Below are positions 28,644 to 30,442 of a DNA stretch of 30,442 bases, one piece after another. The stretch covers positions 1 to 30,442 of the forward strand of contig JBJTWB010000275.1 of NCBI GenBank assembly GCA_046081505.1, given 5' to 3'. Each line of letters begins with the position of its first letter. Within the stretch, counting starts at the first letter, position 1. The position numbers and the translations under genes were made by a program. Under the pieces are notes generated by a model that saw only the letters and a list, made by a program, of their open reading frames with translations, did not search any database and had not been told where the DNA came from. Source of the stretch: Bacteroidota bacterium. GTDB lineage: Bacteria > Bacteroidota > Bacteroidia > Flavobacteriales_D > Sanyastnellaceae.

Positions 28644-29743
28644 TGAAAAAAAACCTCTTTTTACTTGCAAGCGTCACGTTGAGTTGTGTTGCGTTGAACG
28701 CACAAATAACTGCCCCGAAATACGTAAATGAATTTTTACAGATTGGAGTAGGGGCCCGATCATTCGGAATGTCAGGAGCTCAAGTAGCATCGGTTTCAGA
28801 CGTAACCGCCGGTTATTGGAATCCGGCAGGCCTGTTACAATTGACAGACCAATGGGAATTTGCAACTATGCACAATGAATACTTTGCCGGAATTGCCAAG
28901 TATGATTTTATTTCTGCAGGTAAGAAGGTAGATGATAAAACGGCCGTAGCGGGCACGGTTATACGTTTTGGAGTAGATGATATACCAAACACCCTTGATT
29001 TATACGACCCAAACGGGAACGTTGATTATTCTAGAATAACAACGTTTAATGCCGCTGACTATGCTTTTATTTTTTCTATAGCCCGTGACGGATTCGCCAC
29101 CAAATCGAACTTCGTTAACCAGTTGAAATTTGGAGGAAATGTTAAACTGATTTACCGCAATATTGGCTCATTTGCAAATGCTTTTGGTATTGGTTTCGAT
29201 TTGGGAACCCAATTGAAGAAAGAGCACTGGAGTGCAGGACTTGTTATTCGTGATGCAACAAGCACCTTCAATGCATGGATGTTCAATTTGAATGAATCAG
29301 CAATTACTGTTTTTCAGAATACAGGAAACGCACTCCCCGAAAACGGCCTAGAGATAGCTCTTCCGCGGTTTATAGCAGGAAGTGCTTATCACGGAAAATG
29401 GAATAAAAAAATAAAAGGAGAGGAGCTTTCGTACCTCATTGAATCCAATGTTCAACTTACTACAGATGGACAAAGAAACACGTTGGTTTCAATGAAAGGA
29501 TTGAATCTGGATCCAAACGTAGGATTTGAACTGGGCTATGCCAATACGCTGTTTCTTCGGGGTGGAATAGGTAACATTCAGCGTTCTGTCGATTTCGACA
29601 ATACCCAATACATGTCTTTCCAACCCAACATTGGCGTGGGAATTCGATTGCGCAAATGGTTTTTAGATTACGCATTGTCTGATGTAGGAAATCAATCAGA
29701 TGTTCCTTATAGCAACGTGTTTTCTCTGAAAATCAAAATCTAA
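28643..29743 (+). CDS. PorV/PorQ-family outer-membrane beta-barrel (T9SS-associated PorV paralogue)
   Basis: Signal peptide; FLQIGVGARSFGM...AGYWNPAGL N-terminal signature; alternating beta-strand C-terminus. Start ATG 28643 in a TGATG overlap with nfu. Confidence 0.8.
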   Translation: MKKNLFLLASVTLSCVALNAQITAPKYVNEFLQIGVGARSFGMSGAQVASVSDVTAGYWNPAGLLQLTDQWEFATMHNEYFAGIAKYDFISAGKKVDDKTAVAGTVIRFGVDDIPNTLDLYDPNGNVDYSRITTFNAADYAFIFSIARDGFATKSNFVNQLKFGGNVKLIYRNIGSFANAFGIGFDLGTQLKKEHWSAGLVIRDATSTFNAWMFNLNESAITVFQNTGNALPENGLEIALPRFIAGSAYHGKWNKKIKGEELSYLIESNVQLTTDGQRNTLVSMKGLNLDPNVGFELGYANTLFLRGGIGNIQRSVDFDNTQYMSFQPNIGVGIRLRKWFLDYALSDVGNQSDVPYSNVFSLKIKI

Positions 29744-30441
29744 TCCACTACGAATCGAACAGATTGATTGGTCTGCTCACCTTTTATTTGGAGGGTGTAC
29801 AATCCTCTTGGTAAATTCAAATCAAAAGTCTTTGAAAACATTCCCCCAGGTATGCCAACGCTCTCCGTGTAAACTTGTTTTCCAGTTAAATCGAAAATGT
29901 GAACATTTGTTTTATCAAATCGAGGTAAGAACGTATTTAATGTAAAAGAACCGGCATTTGGATTGGGGTAAATTAAACTTTCGGTTATCGAGTTATGTGA
30001 TTCATTCACACTTACAATTGGCTCAACAACAATATTTTCATCGCCATTTACATAATAAGTGTAACAATAGAAAACAATCATCATTTCATCACCTGTTTCT
30101 TCACCGGCAACGACTAGCTGTGGTGGGTTGTTTGGGTTATACGGATTGGCTGAAGTGTTGTCATAGAAAGCCTCAGCTCTCAACTGTGTTCCCTGCGGAA
30201 TTGGAATGAGTTGTGGGTAATTGTAGCTCAGTTGCCAATCAAAACGCCAATTTGGAATGCTAATAAGTGGCTCTGTACTTCCGCCAGATAGTTCAGCCCA
30301 ACTGCTTATGCTTCTTCCAATCAAATGCATATGTGGAAAGCAACCAATAAGCGTAACATCATAAGGAACATTGTACGTTTCAGTGAACGTAGCCGTTTGG
30401 TTGGCCGGAATGAATAAAAAGTTTTGATCCAACACACCCGG
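29740..30441 (-). CDS. T9SS type-A CTD protein with copper type II monooxygenase C-terminal-like domain; 5' end beyond window
   Basis: Frame open to the edge (P-G-V-L-D-Q...); FPHMHLIG, NWRFDWQLSY, GEETGDEMM; C-terminal IYPNP...IFDLTGK...GLYTLQI sorting domain. Confidence 0.82.
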   Translation of the reverse strand, partial: PGVLDQNFLFIPANQTATFTETYNVPYDVTLIGCFPHMHLIGRSISSWAELSGGSTEPLISIPNWRFDWQLSYNYPQLIPIPQGTQLRAEAFYDNTSANPYNPNNPPQLVVAGEETGDEMMIVFYCYTYYVNGDENIVVEPIVSVNESHNSITESLIYPNPNAGSFTLNTFLPRFDKTNVHIFDLTGKQVYTESVGIPGGMFSKTFDLNLPRGLYTLQIKGEQTNQSVRFVVD

Positions 30442-30442
30442 T

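Noticed and set aside
1593-30209. The many 60-150 aa ORFs nested in or antisense to long genes (e.g. 8476..8751, 10369..10686, 16006..16452, 21022..21354, 28121..28432)
   Set aside because: All overlap well-supported conserved genes, show no family motifs, and are of the size expected by chance
1-30442. tRNA/rRNA genes, CRISPR arrays, IS elements, integrases, prophage or defence genes
   Set aside because: Intergenic gaps are all about 105 bp or shorter and are explained by promoters or a hairpin; no repeat arrays, cloverleaf motifs or transposase/integrase signatures seen

Overview
AT-rich bacterial chromosome segment from a Bacteroidota (probably Flavobacteriales) genome. The taxonomy is inferred from gldH, a T9SS C-terminal sorting domain, a PorV-family barrel, TAnnTTTG-type promoters and a cysteine-less DnaG zinc domain. 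The window is densely packed with housekeeping genes. A minus-strand block (pyrH-frr-dusB-trhO-DUF2795-dCMP deaminase-S41 protease-rnpA-S41 protease-O-antigen-ligase-like) diverges from a plus-strand block (leuS-dnaG-clpP-priA-clpX-mutS'-'ricT-gldH). These are followed by a minus-strand block (amidohydrolase pair-trpS-acyltransferase-gatC-GT2), then nfu plus a PorV-like gene, converging on a T9SS-secreted copper-monooxygenase-like gene cut by the window edge. I saw no tRNA, rRNA, CRISPR array, IS or prophage. The strongest anomaly is at ~19111-19120, where the 5' half of mutS is joined out of frame to a ricT/PSP1 gene that appears to lack its own 5' end (real deletion or assembly chimera). Other points of interest are an exported amidohydrolase pair with one intact and two degenerate active sites, the secreted Cu-monooxygenase-like protein, a zinc-less primase domain, near-leaderless promoters, and a membrane-protein ORF at 2-706 missing from the supplied ORF track. 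I found no clear-cut new multi-gene system; family assignments are from motif recognition, not database searches.
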